Part shown: one piece after another, positions 26,519 through 36,915 of the stretch
Position numbering within the stretch: position 1 is the first letter of the stretch
Layout of the letters: each line of letters starts with the position of its first letter
Assembly (NCBI GenBank): GCA_018334835.1
Contig: JAGXLF010000003.1
Span: 156 to 64,155 of the forward strand
Reading direction: 5' to 3'
Source of the DNA: Thermoplasmatota archaeon
GTDB taxonomy: Archaea; Thermoplasmatota; Thermoplasmata; Halarchaeoplasmatales; Halarchaeoplasmataceae
DNA length: 64,000 nt
The notes under the pieces: generated by a model
Seen by the model: only the letters and a program-made list of their open reading frames with translations
What the model was told of the DNA's origin: nothing
Database searches by the model: none
Program-made: the position numbers and the translations under genes

Positions 26519-28117
26519 CTAGTCAGGATCTTCAGTTTTCTCTCTACGGGGCTTGTCATCTTCTAATGGCACTTCTGGTCCAGGAGTAGGTTTATCTTCG
26601 ATGACTTTCTCTTTCCACCATCCCATCTTATATACGACTATAGCTAAACCGCAGGCTATCACATTACTCAAAGCCATCCCGAGCCAGACACCGTTAGCAT
26701 GCAGACTTAAAAATATTCCAAACAAGAACACTAGAGGTAGTCTGAGCCCCCACAGTCTGCTAAGACTCAAAGCCATCTGCTGTTTGGTGTGACCTGAACC
26801 ACCGAGGATAGAGGTAACTCCTCTGAAGACTCCGAAGAAAGGCATCGCTAGAGCGAAGATCATCAAGAAGTCAGCTCCGGCTTCGATCACTTCCTCGTTA
26901 CCCGGCATAAATACACCTATGACGATATTTCGTAATGCAAAAATAGTCAGTGCGAATATCATCATCAAAAACACGATCGCCAGGATACCCTTTTTGGTGA
27001 CTTCTTCAGCTCTTTCTTCGTCATCGGCACCCAGGCTCTGCCCCACCATGGTGCTCATAGCCATAGCAAGTCCACCCATGACCAAAAATGTTATGTTAAG
27101 TACCCTGTTTCCAACACCATAGGCAGCGCCGGCCACCTCTGGGTTCGGTAGTCTATATATCACCGCCCATAAGATTATAAATCCTATCGAGCTTCCGAAT
27201 CGTCCCAAAGAAGCGGGCACGCCTATATTCAGGAATTTTTTTATCTTTGAGATATCCGGCTTCAGGTAGGACAATTTTAACTCTAAACCCAGTCTTCCAC
27301 TGAAAAGTAAATACATACCTAGTAAAGTTCCGATACCACGGGTCGAAATAGTTGCTATCGCTGCTCCTCTGATCCCTAGCATGGGAAGAGGTCCCACTCC
27401 GAATATGAGAAGAGGGTCGATGACCATATTTAGCCCTACTGAAACCGCCGTTATCTTCATGGGGGTTATAGTGTCTCCCCAACCTCTCAAAACGAAGGTG
27501 AAAGCGAAGAATAGGAACATGAACGGAAGACCCAAAAATATGATCTGAAGGTACATGGTCCCATACTCGGCTAACTGCGATGCTGATTCTCCAGTGCCCG
27601 TTAAAATGTCCAACATCAGCGGTGTGGCGAAGTATCCAATGATTCCGACAATGATCGAGAAGACGATAGCTATGAAGTACAATTGACCGGCATCTCTTTC
27701 CGCCTCTTCAAAGTTTCTCGAACCTGTATGCTGGGAAACCAGAGCTAGAGCTGCCACTCCAAATCCGATACCTAACGACATCATCATGAATACGAAAGTC
27801 CAGGCCTGTCCAACCGCCGTAACGGACAAACGAGCCGCTTCTTTATTCGGTAGGTGACCCAGCCAGAACGTATCTACAAGGTTGTACAGGGTTCTCAAAA
27901 ACGTGGCGATCATCATCGGCCAGCCCAGTTTGAACATGACCGAGATCACGCTGCCTTCCAACATCTCATCTTTACCCGGTCTTTTCATCCTGGTTTTTAA
28001 AAATTGATAGAGTCCTTCCTCCCGTATCTTTGGGCCAGCAGATTTCAACTTGACCAAAAAGGCGCTGATCCAGGAATATATCCATTTAAGGAATTTAAAC
28101 GGACTCTTTTTTACCAT
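26519..28117 (-). CDS. MATE-family efflux transporter
   Basis: 532 aa with about 12 TM helices and a family-typical N-terminal region (..LVDTFWLGHL..). Charged C-terminal tail. Confidence 0.85.
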   Translation of the reverse strand: MVKKSPFKFLKWIYSWISAFLVKLKSAGPKIREEGLYQFLKTRMKRPGKDEMLEGSVISVMFKLGWPMMIATFLRTLYNLVDTFWLGHLPNKEAARLSVTAVGQAWTFVFMMMSLGIGFGVAALALVSQHTGSRNFEEAERDAGQLYFIAIVFSIIVGIIGYFATPLMLDILTGTGESASQLAEYGTMYLQIIFLGLPFMFLFFAFTFVLRGWGDTITPMKITAVSVGLNMVIDPLLIFGVGPLPMLGIRGAAIATISTRGIGTLLGMYLLFSGRLGLELKLSYLKPDISKIKKFLNIGVPASLGRFGSSIGFIILWAVIYRLPNPEVAGAAYGVGNRVLNITFLVMGGLAMAMSTMVGQSLGADDEERAEEVTKKGILAIVFLMMIFALTIFALRNIVIGVFMPGNEEVIEAGADFLMIFALAMPFFGVFRGVTSILGGSGHTKQQMALSLSRLWGLRLPLVFLFGIFLSLHANGVWLGMALSNVIACGLAIVVYKMGWWKEKVIEDKPTPGPEVPLEDDKPRREKTEDPD

Positions 28118-28246
28118 CGATTTTCCCTTTCCGTTTCAAAGTTAGATAAGGTATAAAAGTTTTTGCATAGCTGTGCAAGCATTAAGATGCTATGATAACG
28201 CTTCAACTATAATCAAATAAGCAAATCCACAGGAACAATAATCACT

Positions 28247-29002
28247 CTAGATGGTGGTTTGTGCGGATAAGAAACAAGTCTCGTAACCGAACTCGCTCTC
28301 GATCTCTTTCATCATCTTTTTGACCCCTAGGATCTCTGTCGCGTAGTGTCCAGCGAATATCAGAGGCATATTCAAATCCAAAGCTTCGTTGTAAGCCATG
28401 TACGTGCGTTCTCCAGTGATGAAAAGATCGGCTCCGTTTTCTTTTGCTGCTTTCAAAGCCTGTCCACCTTTTCCTGTTAGGATCCCTATCTTTTTGACCT
28501 TTTTTTCATCCTTCAATGTGTAAGTCTCAGTATCTAATTTCTCTTCTAGGTTTCTAGCTATTTCTTCGACTTTCCTTTCTTCTTCAAGTACAGCCATCCT
28601 AGCAATCTTCGTATCTTTGTACTCCATGAAAGATTCTTGTGGCTCAGCACCGATAGTTTTAGCCAACTCGACGTTATTGCCCACCTCAGAATGCACGTCG
28701 AGAGGAAGATGTGCTCCATAAAGTCCAGTGTTATTTTTAATGAGATCCCGAACTATCTCATAATCTTTGTCAATCAGAGGGCCAAGACCGTCGTTCCATA
28801 TCAGCCCGTGGTGGACGAATAAAAGATTTACTTTAGCATCAATCGCTCTCTTCACGATGTCCTTTCTAACATCTACGGCGAAAGCAATCTTTTCCATTTC
28901 AGTAGGAGCATCGATCTGAACTCCGTTCTCGCTTTCGTCTTTGATATCATCTATGTTAAGAAAATCATCCAAAAATTCTATCAGATCTGAATCGCTTATC
29001 AT
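28247..29002 (-). CDS. NIF3-family dinuclear metal-center protein
   Basis: 251 aa. Motifs NLLFVHHGLIW, LPLDVH and ..FITGE..AGHYATE. Confidence 0.8.
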   Translation of the reverse strand: MISDSDLIEFLDDFLNIDDIKDESENGVQIDAPTEMEKIAFAVDVRKDIVKRAIDAKVNLLFVHHGLIWNDGLGPLIDKDYEIVRDLIKNNTGLYGAHLPLDVHSEVGNNVELAKTIGAEPQESFMEYKDTKIARMAVLEEERKVEEIARNLEEKLDTETYTLKDEKKVKKIGILTGKGGQALKAAKENGADLFITGERTYMAYNEALDLNMPLIFAGHYATEILGVKKMMKEIESEFGYETCFLSAQTTI

Positions 29003-29206
29003 TTCAATACCATCGGGAAAAGAAAAGTGACAAACTACATATCCCTTTCGGTTTATTCTACAGGGAAAAATTAACCACCATCTAGGCTCTCTTTTTCATA
29101 TATGGATGATAAGAAAAATTGGGTTGAACAGGTAAATTGAAGGGAGCTCTCGATCAAATCTAGCAAAACATTATAAATCATCAATTACTTTTCCGTCCGT
29201 GAAACC

Positions 29207-30022
29207 ATGACATATTTATTTTCAGTCGATATCGAAGGTATTTCAGGCGTGGTATCTGGTCCCCAATGCAAGATGGATTCTAAAGAATACGATAGAGCTC
29301 AAGAGCTGATGACTAAGGAGGCTAACGCCGCGGCAAAAGGAGCCTTTGAAGCCGACGCCGAGCAAGTCTACATAACTGACGGGCACGGGAAGATGAGGAA
29401 CATAATAATCGAAGACCTAGATGAGAGAGTCGAACTGTTCAGTGGAAGACCAAAACTGTTATCTCAGATGGAAGGATTGAGTGAAGACCTCGACGGCGTG
29501 GGCTACGTAGGTTATCACAGCTCGGCTCACAGTCAAGGTACACTCTCACACACTTACTCAGGAGCGGTAGTAGACAAGCTGATGATCGGAGATGTGATGG
29601 CTAGCGAGTTCGCGATGAATTCTTTCCTCGCGGCCCAGTACGACGTACCAGTTATCTTTTTAGCTGGAGACGACGAGATCATACGCGAAGCTAAGAAGCT
29701 TTATCCCGACATACCTAACGTACAGACGAAAAAAGCAACGGGCAGATACAGCGCCAAGTGTAGACATCCGGAAGTTGTCAGGAAAGAGATAAAAGAAAAA
29801 GTCAAAGAAGTTATCGAGAACGACAGAGGAAAGATAGTAGAGCCCGAGGAAACCCGCTATCACGTCTGGTTCAAAGATGCTGGGAAACTAGACAACCTAG
29901 AACTCTTGCCTTCAGTGGAAAGAATTGGACCCAAAGAGTTCGTCATAGATACCGGTGATATGGAGACTAACTACAAAGTTTTTAGAGCCTGTACTATGCT
30001 AGCTACAGTGGACTCGCAGTGA
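29207..30022 (+). CDS. dppA: M55-family D-aminopeptidase (DppA-like)
   Basis: 271 aa. Motifs SVDIEGISGV, ..TDGHGKMRN.., ..GYHSSAH..TLSHT.. and VPVIFLAGDD parallel my recollection of Bacillus DppA. Confidence 0.85.
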   Translation: MTYLFSVDIEGISGVVSGPQCKMDSKEYDRAQELMTKEANAAAKGAFEADAEQVYITDGHGKMRNIIIEDLDERVELFSGRPKLLSQMEGLSEDLDGVGYVGYHSSAHSQGTLSHTYSGAVVDKLMIGDVMASEFAMNSFLAAQYDVPVIFLAGDDEIIREAKKLYPDIPNVQTKKATGRYSAKCRHPEVVRKEIKEKVKEVIENDRGKIVEPEETRYHVWFKDAGKLDNLELLPSVERIGPKEFVIDTGDMETNYKVFRACTMLATVDSQ

Positions 30023-30136
30023 ACATGCGATTTTAAGCTCTTTCATTGGGCTCACTCAACTCTAAGATAGATCAAAGGTAGAGCTGGTAAAAAGTTTATA
30101 TCCTTTATTCTCAGTATGTAATGCGAGGAGAAATTC

Positions 30137-30271
30137 ATGCCTTACGATTCGGATAGATGCCATTTCTGTAGGAATTGGACGAAGCAGTACAGAAGGGTGG
30201 GAGATAAGAGCATCTGCAAGGACTGCCTTGAAGAGCTGGTTAAGATTATCGAAGAAGAGATGGAGTCATAG
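30137..30271 (+). CDS. Possible 44-aa zinc-ribbon protein (below the ORF-track cutoff)
   Basis: ATG preceded by GAGGAG 6 nt upstream. Reads MPYDSDRCHFCRNWTKQYRRVGDKSICKDCLEELVKIIEEEMES*, with CxxC...CxxC. Stop codon is TAG. Confidence 0.45.
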   Translation: MPYDSDRCHFCRNWTKQYRRVGDKSICKDCLEELVKIIEEEMES

Positions 30272-31123
30272 CTCTATCTCCACCCCATAAACCTCTTCCG
30301 GATTCTCTTTATGTATCTTCCACAGGTCTTTTTCTTTTAGGACATCTTTTTCATATAGCTGGATAGTTTTCTTTGGGACATTCTTTATGCCCAACACAGC
30401 TCCCGGTCGATTGGGATCGTCTAGATAATCGGTCTCCAGCAAGAATCTGTTTCCCTTAGATATAGCTTCCCTGATATTGTTCTCATTCGCCAGTATCGAA
30501 GGGAAAAGCCCGTGATTCTCTTCTTCCTTTACCAACGGTGGAGAATAATGTTTGACTATCTTCTCTCTCGAAAGACCGACCTCGTCAGCCATCTTACTGA
30601 TCTCTTCACAGACCTCTGGTGTAGTGCTCTCGGTGTGAAGAACGACAGGAAAATCGCCATCCGCTGCGAGTTCCATCCCATATTTCATGATCCTGTTAGA
30701 TGCCTCTAATACTTCATCAGAAACGTCGAAGTGCGGTCTCCCAATCTCACCTAGCGCGACGGCTTTTCCTTCTTCGATGTATTCTACGGCGAGTTCTAGA
30801 CCTTCTCTCAATATCTCTTCACCTTTATCAAGGCCGACCTTGTCCTTCAATTCAACTAGATCGACAGGGTAGGGCCCCACTGAAACGAATATCTCCACCG
30901 AAGTTTCCTCCATGGTTCTCTCTGCTAGATCAACCGTCCTTTCATATATCGGTTCATAACCCTTCTCATCCCACTCTCTAAGATCATGGTAAGGAAGATG
31001 AGATAATACCAGGTGTGTACCGCCAGCTTTTTCGAATTTTTTCACCGCCTTGACATTATCTCCTCTCTCCTGTAGATGGATGTGATTATCGAGTATCGGA
31101 AAATCAGATTCCTTTAGCTGCAT
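30266..31123 (-). CDS. TatD-family metal-dependent hydrolase
   Basis: 285 aa. N-terminal ILDNHIHL metal-binding motif, internal ..VVLHTES.. and ..LLETD.. motifs. Confidence 0.65.
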   Translation of the reverse strand: MQLKESDFPILDNHIHLQERGDNVKAVKKFEKAGGTHLVLSHLPYHDLREWDEKGYEPIYERTVDLAERTMEETSVEIFVSVGPYPVDLVELKDKVGLDKGEEILREGLELAVEYIEEGKAVALGEIGRPHFDVSDEVLEASNRIMKYGMELAADGDFPVVLHTESTTPEVCEEISKMADEVGLSREKIVKHYSPPLVKEEENHGLFPSILANENNIREAISKGNRFLLETDYLDDPNRPGAVLGIKNVPKKTIQLYEKDVLKEKDLWKIHKENPEEVYGVEIEL

Positions 31124-31146
31124 ATCATCACCTATGGTTTTCTGAC

Positions 31147-33843
31147 TTAAATTCTTTGTTCGTTCCTATTTATCTCTTCACTATTCTCTAACAATTTGTT
31201 CTCTATAATTCTCATCAAGACCATAGCTCCAAAAAATATTACCGCACCTACCGATATCATAACCCATGAATCTAATCCTAAAGGTACTACCTTAAAATAA
31301 GCTCTCATCGGCGTGTATAAGATCACAATGTGCATGACCAACGATACCAATATCGCGGCGCCCAACCACCTGTTGGACCATAACCGAGTACCGTATCTCT
31401 GCCTGATCGGAAATACCTCTATCAATTCTAAGACCACCAAACTTGTGAAAGTGAGTGTTCTAGCTAGACTAGCACTTTCTGTTAAACCGTAGCGGTAGAG
31501 CGATAGACATATAACGGTCACCCAAATACCTATCCATCCGATCGAGAATGCTAGAGTCCTATCGATTATGTTCTCGTCCTGACCTCTAGGCTTCCTCTTC
31601 ATGATCTCATCAGAACCGGGATCGACACCTAAAGCTAACGCGGGCAAACCGTCGGTAAGGAGATTGACCCACAACAGCATCACAGCGGTCAAAGGCAGAC
31701 CAAGTCCAACGAGAGAAGCTATGAGTACTATCAGGACTTCTCCCATGTTTCCAGAGAGCAAGAGATTGACGAACTTTCTTATGTTGTCGAATATCCCTCT
31801 ACCTTCTTCTATAGCGTTTTTTATCGTCGCAAAGTTGTCGTCTAACAAGACTATGTCGGAAGCCTGCTGAGCTACATCTGTGCCTCTCTCCCCCATCGAA
31901 GTACCGACGTCGGACTCTTTCAGTGCAGGGGCATCATTCACGCCGTCTCCAGTCATAGCGACGACGTGTCCCTGGTCCTTCAATGCTCTCAGTATTTTCA
32001 CCTTGTGAGATGGAGAGACTCTGGCGAATATATCGGCTTCTTTAACCTTCTCACTCAGTTCTTTCTCCGACATAGTTTCTAATTCCCTGCCCGTCACCAC
32101 CTTACCTCTAAATCCGAGCTTTTTTCCTATAGCTCTCGCGGTAACAGCGTTGTCACCGGTGATCATCACGGTCCGAATACCGGCTCTACGGCACGCCTTT
32201 ATAGCGTCTTTGACCTCCTCTCTCGGCGGATCGATCATCCCCTGGAGTCCTAAAAATATCAAATTCCGCTCTATCTCTTCCTCTCCACGCTCCTCGATCT
32301 CTTCCTTTTTGTCTTCCTCTGTATCTCCTTCAAGAGTTAGGTCCTTATAGGCTACGGCTAGGACTCTCAAAGCTTCATCGGCGAATTTTTCGTTCTTCTT
32401 TACGAAACCCTCTTTTTTTTCTTCATCTAATTCTTTTATCTCTCCATCCTCGTAGTACCTATCGCATTTTTCCAGTACGACCTCCGGAGCTCCTTTCACG
32501 AAAGCTTTATCCTTTCCTTCTCCCCCTTCATGGACGGTGGTCATCATCTTCCTTTCAGAGGAGAAGGGGATCTCGTCTATCCTTCTGTATTTTTCTTCCA
32601 GACTCTCTTTTTCAAGACCGCCTTTCTGGGCAGATTGGATCAACGCGATTTCTGTCGGATCGCCTATCGTCTCTCCATCGGTGATCTCTGAATCGTTGCA
32701 GAGCGCTCCCGCTTCTAGTATGCTTTCCAGTTCTGAGGCATCCATTTTTTTTCCTTCCCGGGTAAAATCACCTTCTCGGGAATAACCACCTGAAACTTCG
32801 ATCTCTTTTCCACCGAAGAGTATCTTTCTTACAACCATCTTGCTTTCAGTCAGCGTCCCGGTCTTATCCGTACAGATCACGTCTACAGAACCTAAAGACT
32901 CGATCACCGGTAATCTCCTTACCAATGCATTTCTTTTCAACATCTTTCGGGTTCCGAGAGCGAGAGTCAAAGTTACAACGGCGGGAAGTCCCTCGGGAAC
33001 CGCGGCTACAGCTAGTGCTATAGCGGTTATGAAGGCATTGAGTAAATTGGAATCTCTGAAGAGAAGAATCGGAACTAAAGAAGCACAGATTGCCAGGATC
33101 ATCACACCCAATTTTTTGCCTAGATCGTTGACCTCTTTCTGAAATACGGTCTCTTCTTCTTCGACCTTCTGAAGTTCGGTAGCGATGTTTCCTATCTCAG
33201 TATCCATGCTCGTTTCCACAACGACAGCCTTTCCCCTTCCCTTCGTGACCGTCGTTTCCTTGTATATCATGTTCTCTCTCTCAGCCAACTCTATCCCTTT
33301 TTCCACAGGATGGACTTTCTTGTTCACGGCCAAGCTTTCCCCTGTCAGAGTGGACTCGTCGACCTCTAAATTCTGCTGTTCTACCAATCTCGCGTCCGCT
33401 GGCACGGAATCCCCTTGAGTAACGAAAATAATATCTCCGGGAACGAGATCTATTGAATCTATCTTTCTCTTTCTACCATCTCTTAGAGCCACAGTCTCCA
33501 GTGAAGCCATTTCTTTCAGAGCTTGTATCGACTGCTCTGCTTTCCAATCCTGAACGAAGCCGAAGATACCATTAGCCAAGATTATAGTCAATATAAGGTA
33601 GGCATCAATTCTACGGTCTGCAAAAAAAGATATTACGGTCGCGGCTATCAGTATCCAAATCAAGAAATCTTGGAACTGCTCCAAGAAGATCTTCAGAGGC
33701 GAAGCAACTTCTTCCTCCTCGATCTCGTTCTTTCCATGTTTTTCCAGTCGTCTTTCAGCTTCTTTTTGAGAGAGCCCTTTCTCCGAGGAGTCCAACTTCG
33801 TATAAACATCGCTGATATTCAAAGAGTGCCAATTTTCTTTCAT
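31147..33843 (-). CDS. Cation-transporting P-type ATPase (type II, Ca2+/Na+-like)
   Basis: 898 aa. Cation_ATPase_N-like start, TGES, ICTDKTGTLT, MITGDN, GDGVNDAPAL and 10 predicted TM helices. Confidence 0.92.
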   Translation of the reverse strand: MKENWHSLNISDVYTKLDSSEKGLSQKEAERRLEKHGKNEIEEEEVASPLKIFLEQFQDFLIWILIAATVISFFADRRIDAYLILTIILANGIFGFVQDWKAEQSIQALKEMASLETVALRDGRKRKIDSIDLVPGDIIFVTQGDSVPADARLVEQQNLEVDESTLTGESLAVNKKVHPVEKGIELAERENMIYKETTVTKGRGKAVVVETSMDTEIGNIATELQKVEEEETVFQKEVNDLGKKLGVMILAICASLVPILLFRDSNLLNAFITAIALAVAAVPEGLPAVVTLTLALGTRKMLKRNALVRRLPVIESLGSVDVICTDKTGTLTESKMVVRKILFGGKEIEVSGGYSREGDFTREGKKMDASELESILEAGALCNDSEITDGETIGDPTEIALIQSAQKGGLEKESLEEKYRRIDEIPFSSERKMMTTVHEGGEGKDKAFVKGAPEVVLEKCDRYYEDGEIKELDEEKKEGFVKKNEKFADEALRVLAVAYKDLTLEGDTEEDKKEEIEERGEEEIERNLIFLGLQGMIDPPREEVKDAIKACRRAGIRTVMITGDNAVTARAIGKKLGFRGKVVTGRELETMSEKELSEKVKEADIFARVSPSHKVKILRALKDQGHVVAMTGDGVNDAPALKESDVGTSMGERGTDVAQQASDIVLLDDNFATIKNAIEEGRGIFDNIRKFVNLLLSGNMGEVLIVLIASLVGLGLPLTAVMLLWVNLLTDGLPALALGVDPGSDEIMKRKPRGQDENIIDRTLAFSIGWIGIWVTVICLSLYRYGLTESASLARTLTFTSLVVLELIEVFPIRQRYGTRLWSNRWLGAAILVSLVMHIVILYTPMRAYFKVVPLGLDSWVMISVGAVIFFGAMVLMRIIENKLLENSEEINRNEQRI

Positions 33844-33969
33844 CTAATTAACATTGATAACTTCTTGATAATATTAAAAAGTTTCAGGGGGTATTTCGAT
33901 GAAAATCAGCTGCTATCAAGCCTTTTTATCTATTTCTCTAAGATGCGAAATGTTAAAAAGAAATGAATC

Positions 33970-35127
33970 TTGTTAGGGACTATCTTGACTGAAGTCGTTG
34001 TCGTAGGAGCGGGTCCCGTCGGTCTAAGGGTCGCAAAAAATACTGCTAAAGCAGGATATAATACCGTGGTTTTGGAGAAAAATTCTGTTATAGGAAAACC
34101 TGTTCAGTGTGCAGGTCTGGTCAGTCCCCGTGTTGTTGAACTTACGGATACTGAAAGCGTCATCGAAAAACCGAAAAAGGCAGTGATCAATTCGCCTTCA
34201 GGCAAAAGTTTGACCATCGAAGCGAAGAAGAAAAAAGCGGTGGTGATCGACAGGGCTAAGTTTGACAGAGAGATGGCGATGAAAGCCTCAAAATCTGGTG
34301 CTGATATCAGACTTAAATCAGTCGTGAAGAATACCACTTGTGATGGGAGGAGGGAAGTAGAATATATACGGGAGGGTAGAAAAGAGACTTTGAAAGCCGA
34401 TGTAGTGATAGGCGCAGACGGACCCACTTCTATAGTGAGAAGAACCGCAGGTCTTCCATCTCCAGAGGAAGTTCTACCAGCTGTTCAGGCGGTTGTAGTG
34501 TCAGATGACAATCCTGTCCAGATACATCTGGGCAGTAAGACTGCACCGGGTTTTTTTCTTTATGAAGTTCCTTTCTCGACCGGAAAATTGATCGGCCTAG
34601 CTTCAGATGACGGCGCCACCTACAAACATTTGATAGAGTTTCTCAAATCGAAAGGTCTAGACAATAAAGTTATAACTCTTCTCTCCGGAACTATACCGCT
34701 CGGAAATCTTGAGAAGACCGTCGATGAGAGATTGTGCCTCGTAGGAGATTCTGCATGTCACGTCAAACCTCTCTCAGGAGGCGGTATTTACCTCGGTCTG
34801 AAAGCTGCTGACATCTGTTCAGATGTTGTCATAAATGCTTTGGAAGAAGGCGATTTATCTGAAAGAAGGTTGAGTGAATATCATGAAAGATGTCAGCAAG
34901 ATATAGGAAAACAGATCTCAAGAGGGATGAAAATAAGAAAGATCATCCAGAGCATGTCCGATGATGAGATAAATGAATTGATAAGTACATTGAAGAAGGA
35001 TAAAGTAAAACGTGTGATAGAAGAAAAAGGAGATATAGACTATCATTCAAAGATTTTTAAACCTCTTCTTAAGACCGCTCCCGAGCTTCTCAAGTTTACC
35101 GGCCCCGTGCTCAAAAGCCTTTTCTAG
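33970..35127 (+). CDS. Geranylgeranyl reductase-family flavoprotein
   Basis: 385 aa. Motifs VVVVGAGPVGLRVAKNTAKAGYNTVVLEK, ..GADGPTSIVRR.. and ..LVGDSACHVKPLSGGGI.. . The start is TTG at 33970 or TTG at 33985 and is uncertain. Confidence 0.75.
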   Translation: MLGTILTEVVVVGAGPVGLRVAKNTAKAGYNTVVLEKNSVIGKPVQCAGLVSPRVVELTDTESVIEKPKKAVINSPSGKSLTIEAKKKKAVVIDRAKFDREMAMKASKSGADIRLKSVVKNTTCDGRREVEYIREGRKETLKADVVIGADGPTSIVRRTAGLPSPEEVLPAVQAVVVSDDNPVQIHLGSKTAPGFFLYEVPFSTGKLIGLASDDGATYKHLIEFLKSKGLDNKVITLLSGTIPLGNLEKTVDERLCLVGDSACHVKPLSGGGIYLGLKAADICSDVVINALEEGDLSERRLSEYHERCQQDIGKQISRGMKIRKIIQSMSDDEINELISTLKKDKVKRVIEEKGDIDYHSKIFKPLLKTAPELLKFTGPVLKSLF

Positions 35128-35808
35128 TTTTGGGAATGAGCCGTATTTTTCCTGGAAATAGAACATGACCGCGAGAACCCCAGAGACTATAGTGATCAAA
35201 CCGAGCGCGTATTGGGGCCAGCGCGGAACAGGATTTCTCACTTCAAAAGTACTCTCTAGCAAAATATCGCTGACATTCAGTTCTGTCAAGTTAATCCCTC
35301 CTTCGGGATTCTTCGCATCTTCCCACTCTTCACTAGAAAAGTGACCTCTCGATTTCATAGTAATATTTTCCTCATCCTCTATGGAAAAATCGAGTTTAAA
35401 CCTGATAGAGTAAACACCTTCCTCTGTATCTTCTGAGGTATGTATGATATATTCTAACTCTTCACTTTCATCGGAGGAAAGCTCGTCAATCTCCGAAGCG
35501 GAGTAAGTTTCACCGTTATCGAAAACAGGGGGTTCATCAACTTCGGATATATTTTTGTCAACGTTAAGGTAACTGTACCAATATATACTCACGGTGAAGT
35601 TGATATCTTCCATGGAGCTGTTATAAGGATTTTTCAGAGTGATTTTCATGTTTCCTTCACTACCGGGCTCAATACTAGGTGTATCGATCTCGTTTATCAG
35701 CTGATTGGTAAAACTGGGATCAGATACATCATAAGATTTAACGGAGAATGAGAAGAGGGAAATAAAGATTATAAAGGTTGATATCAAGACCAGATGTTTC
35801 TCATACAT
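35047..35808 (-). CDS. Type-I membrane/surface protein, unknown function
   Basis: 253 aa. Signal-like N-terminus, an acidic ectodomain with N-x-S/T sequons, a C-terminal TM helix and a basic tail. The last 81 nt overlap the convergent gene. Confidence 0.55.
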   Translation of the reverse strand: MYEKHLVLISTFIIFISLFSFSVKSYDVSDPSFTNQLINEIDTPSIEPGSEGNMKITLKNPYNSSMEDINFTVSIYWYSYLNVDKNISEVDEPPVFDNGETYSASEIDELSSDESEELEYIIHTSEDTEEGVYSIRFKLDFSIEDEENITMKSRGHFSSEEWEDAKNPEGGINLTELNVSDILLESTFEVRNPVPRWPQYALGLITIVSGVLAVMFYFQEKYGSFPKLEKAFEHGAGKLEKLGSGLKKRFKNL

Positions 35809-35872
35809 CGGTATGGTATTAATCAGTGTGACTATAAAATACTTATGTGACCGAGGGTCATAGGATTAATGA

Positions 35873-36871
35873 ATGAGTGATGAAGATCATCCTGTGCTGA
35901 AAGTTTCAAAAGAGAAGGGGCAGGAAACCCTCCAAAAACTTAAAGACCGAGGCAATCTCGATCCTGAAAGGTCCATAAGGAGCGAAGGTGACGAATTGCT
36001 TTTTCCGGTAAAAGAGGGCGGTAACTGTTCTGAGACCGAACCAGAGTTCAGGGAAGAGAATATTAACCCATATGAACGTATAAAATACAAGATCGGGTTG
36101 CCCGAATCGAAAAAAAGAAGTCTTCCAGATAAATGGGAAAAGATAGGGGATGTTCTACTCATCAAACTTCCTGATGAATTAATGGAACATAAAGAACAGA
36201 TAGGTGAGGTCTATGCGGATGTGTTGGACGCGAAAACTGTGATGCTGCAGGGCTCTATTAAAGGGCAAAAAAGAGAACCTGAAGTCAAAAAAATCTACGG
36301 CGATGAGACTGAAACCGTTCATATCGAGAACGATATCCTCTACAAGCTCGATACCGCCGAGTTGATGTTCTCCAGCGGTAACATAGATGAACGTATAAGG
36401 ATGGCGGAAGAGGTGGAAAAAGATGAAGTTATAGTAGATATGTTCGCCGGAATCGGCTATTTTTCTCTGCCGATGGCTGTCCACGGAGAGCCAGAAAAAG
36501 TGTTCTCCTTAGAGATAAATCCCACCGCTTTCCACTACCTGCGTGAGAACGTGGCTCTAAACCATGTGGAGGATATCGTAAAACCTTGGCACGGTGACAA
36601 CCGCGACTTCTCGTTGAAGGGAGCGGACAGAGTTGTCATGGGCTATCTTCACGAGACTTGGAAATACCTTGATAAGGCGGGGGAGTTTTTGGACGGTGAA
36701 GGCATCATACATTATCATACGAGGTGCAGTGATTCTGGATATCCTGATCAGGTAATTAGTGAGATAGAAAAGAATCTAAATCCAGACTTTGATTTACTAG
36801 GTATAAAAAATGTCAAATCTTATGCACCTCATGTATTCCATGTTGTTGTCGATCTTGAATTGCACGGTTAA
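35873..36871 (+). CDS. Met-10+ family SAM-dependent tRNA methyltransferase (Trm5/Taw2-like)
   Basis: 332 aa. SAM-binding VIVDMFAGIGYFSLPMA and the NP motif (EINP) typical of Trm5/Taw2. Confidence 0.75.
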   Translation: MSDEDHPVLKVSKEKGQETLQKLKDRGNLDPERSIRSEGDELLFPVKEGGNCSETEPEFREENINPYERIKYKIGLPESKKRSLPDKWEKIGDVLLIKLPDELMEHKEQIGEVYADVLDAKTVMLQGSIKGQKREPEVKKIYGDETETVHIENDILYKLDTAELMFSSGNIDERIRMAEEVEKDEVIVDMFAGIGYFSLPMAVHGEPEKVFSLEINPTAFHYLRENVALNHVEDIVKPWHGDNRDFSLKGADRVVMGYLHETWKYLDKAGEFLDGEGIIHYHTRCSDSGYPDQVISEIEKNLNPDFDLLGIKNVKSYAPHVFHVVVDLELHG

Positions 36872-36915
36872 GGGATGAAAATATATTAGTATATATTTGT
36901 CTATAATAGGATAAT

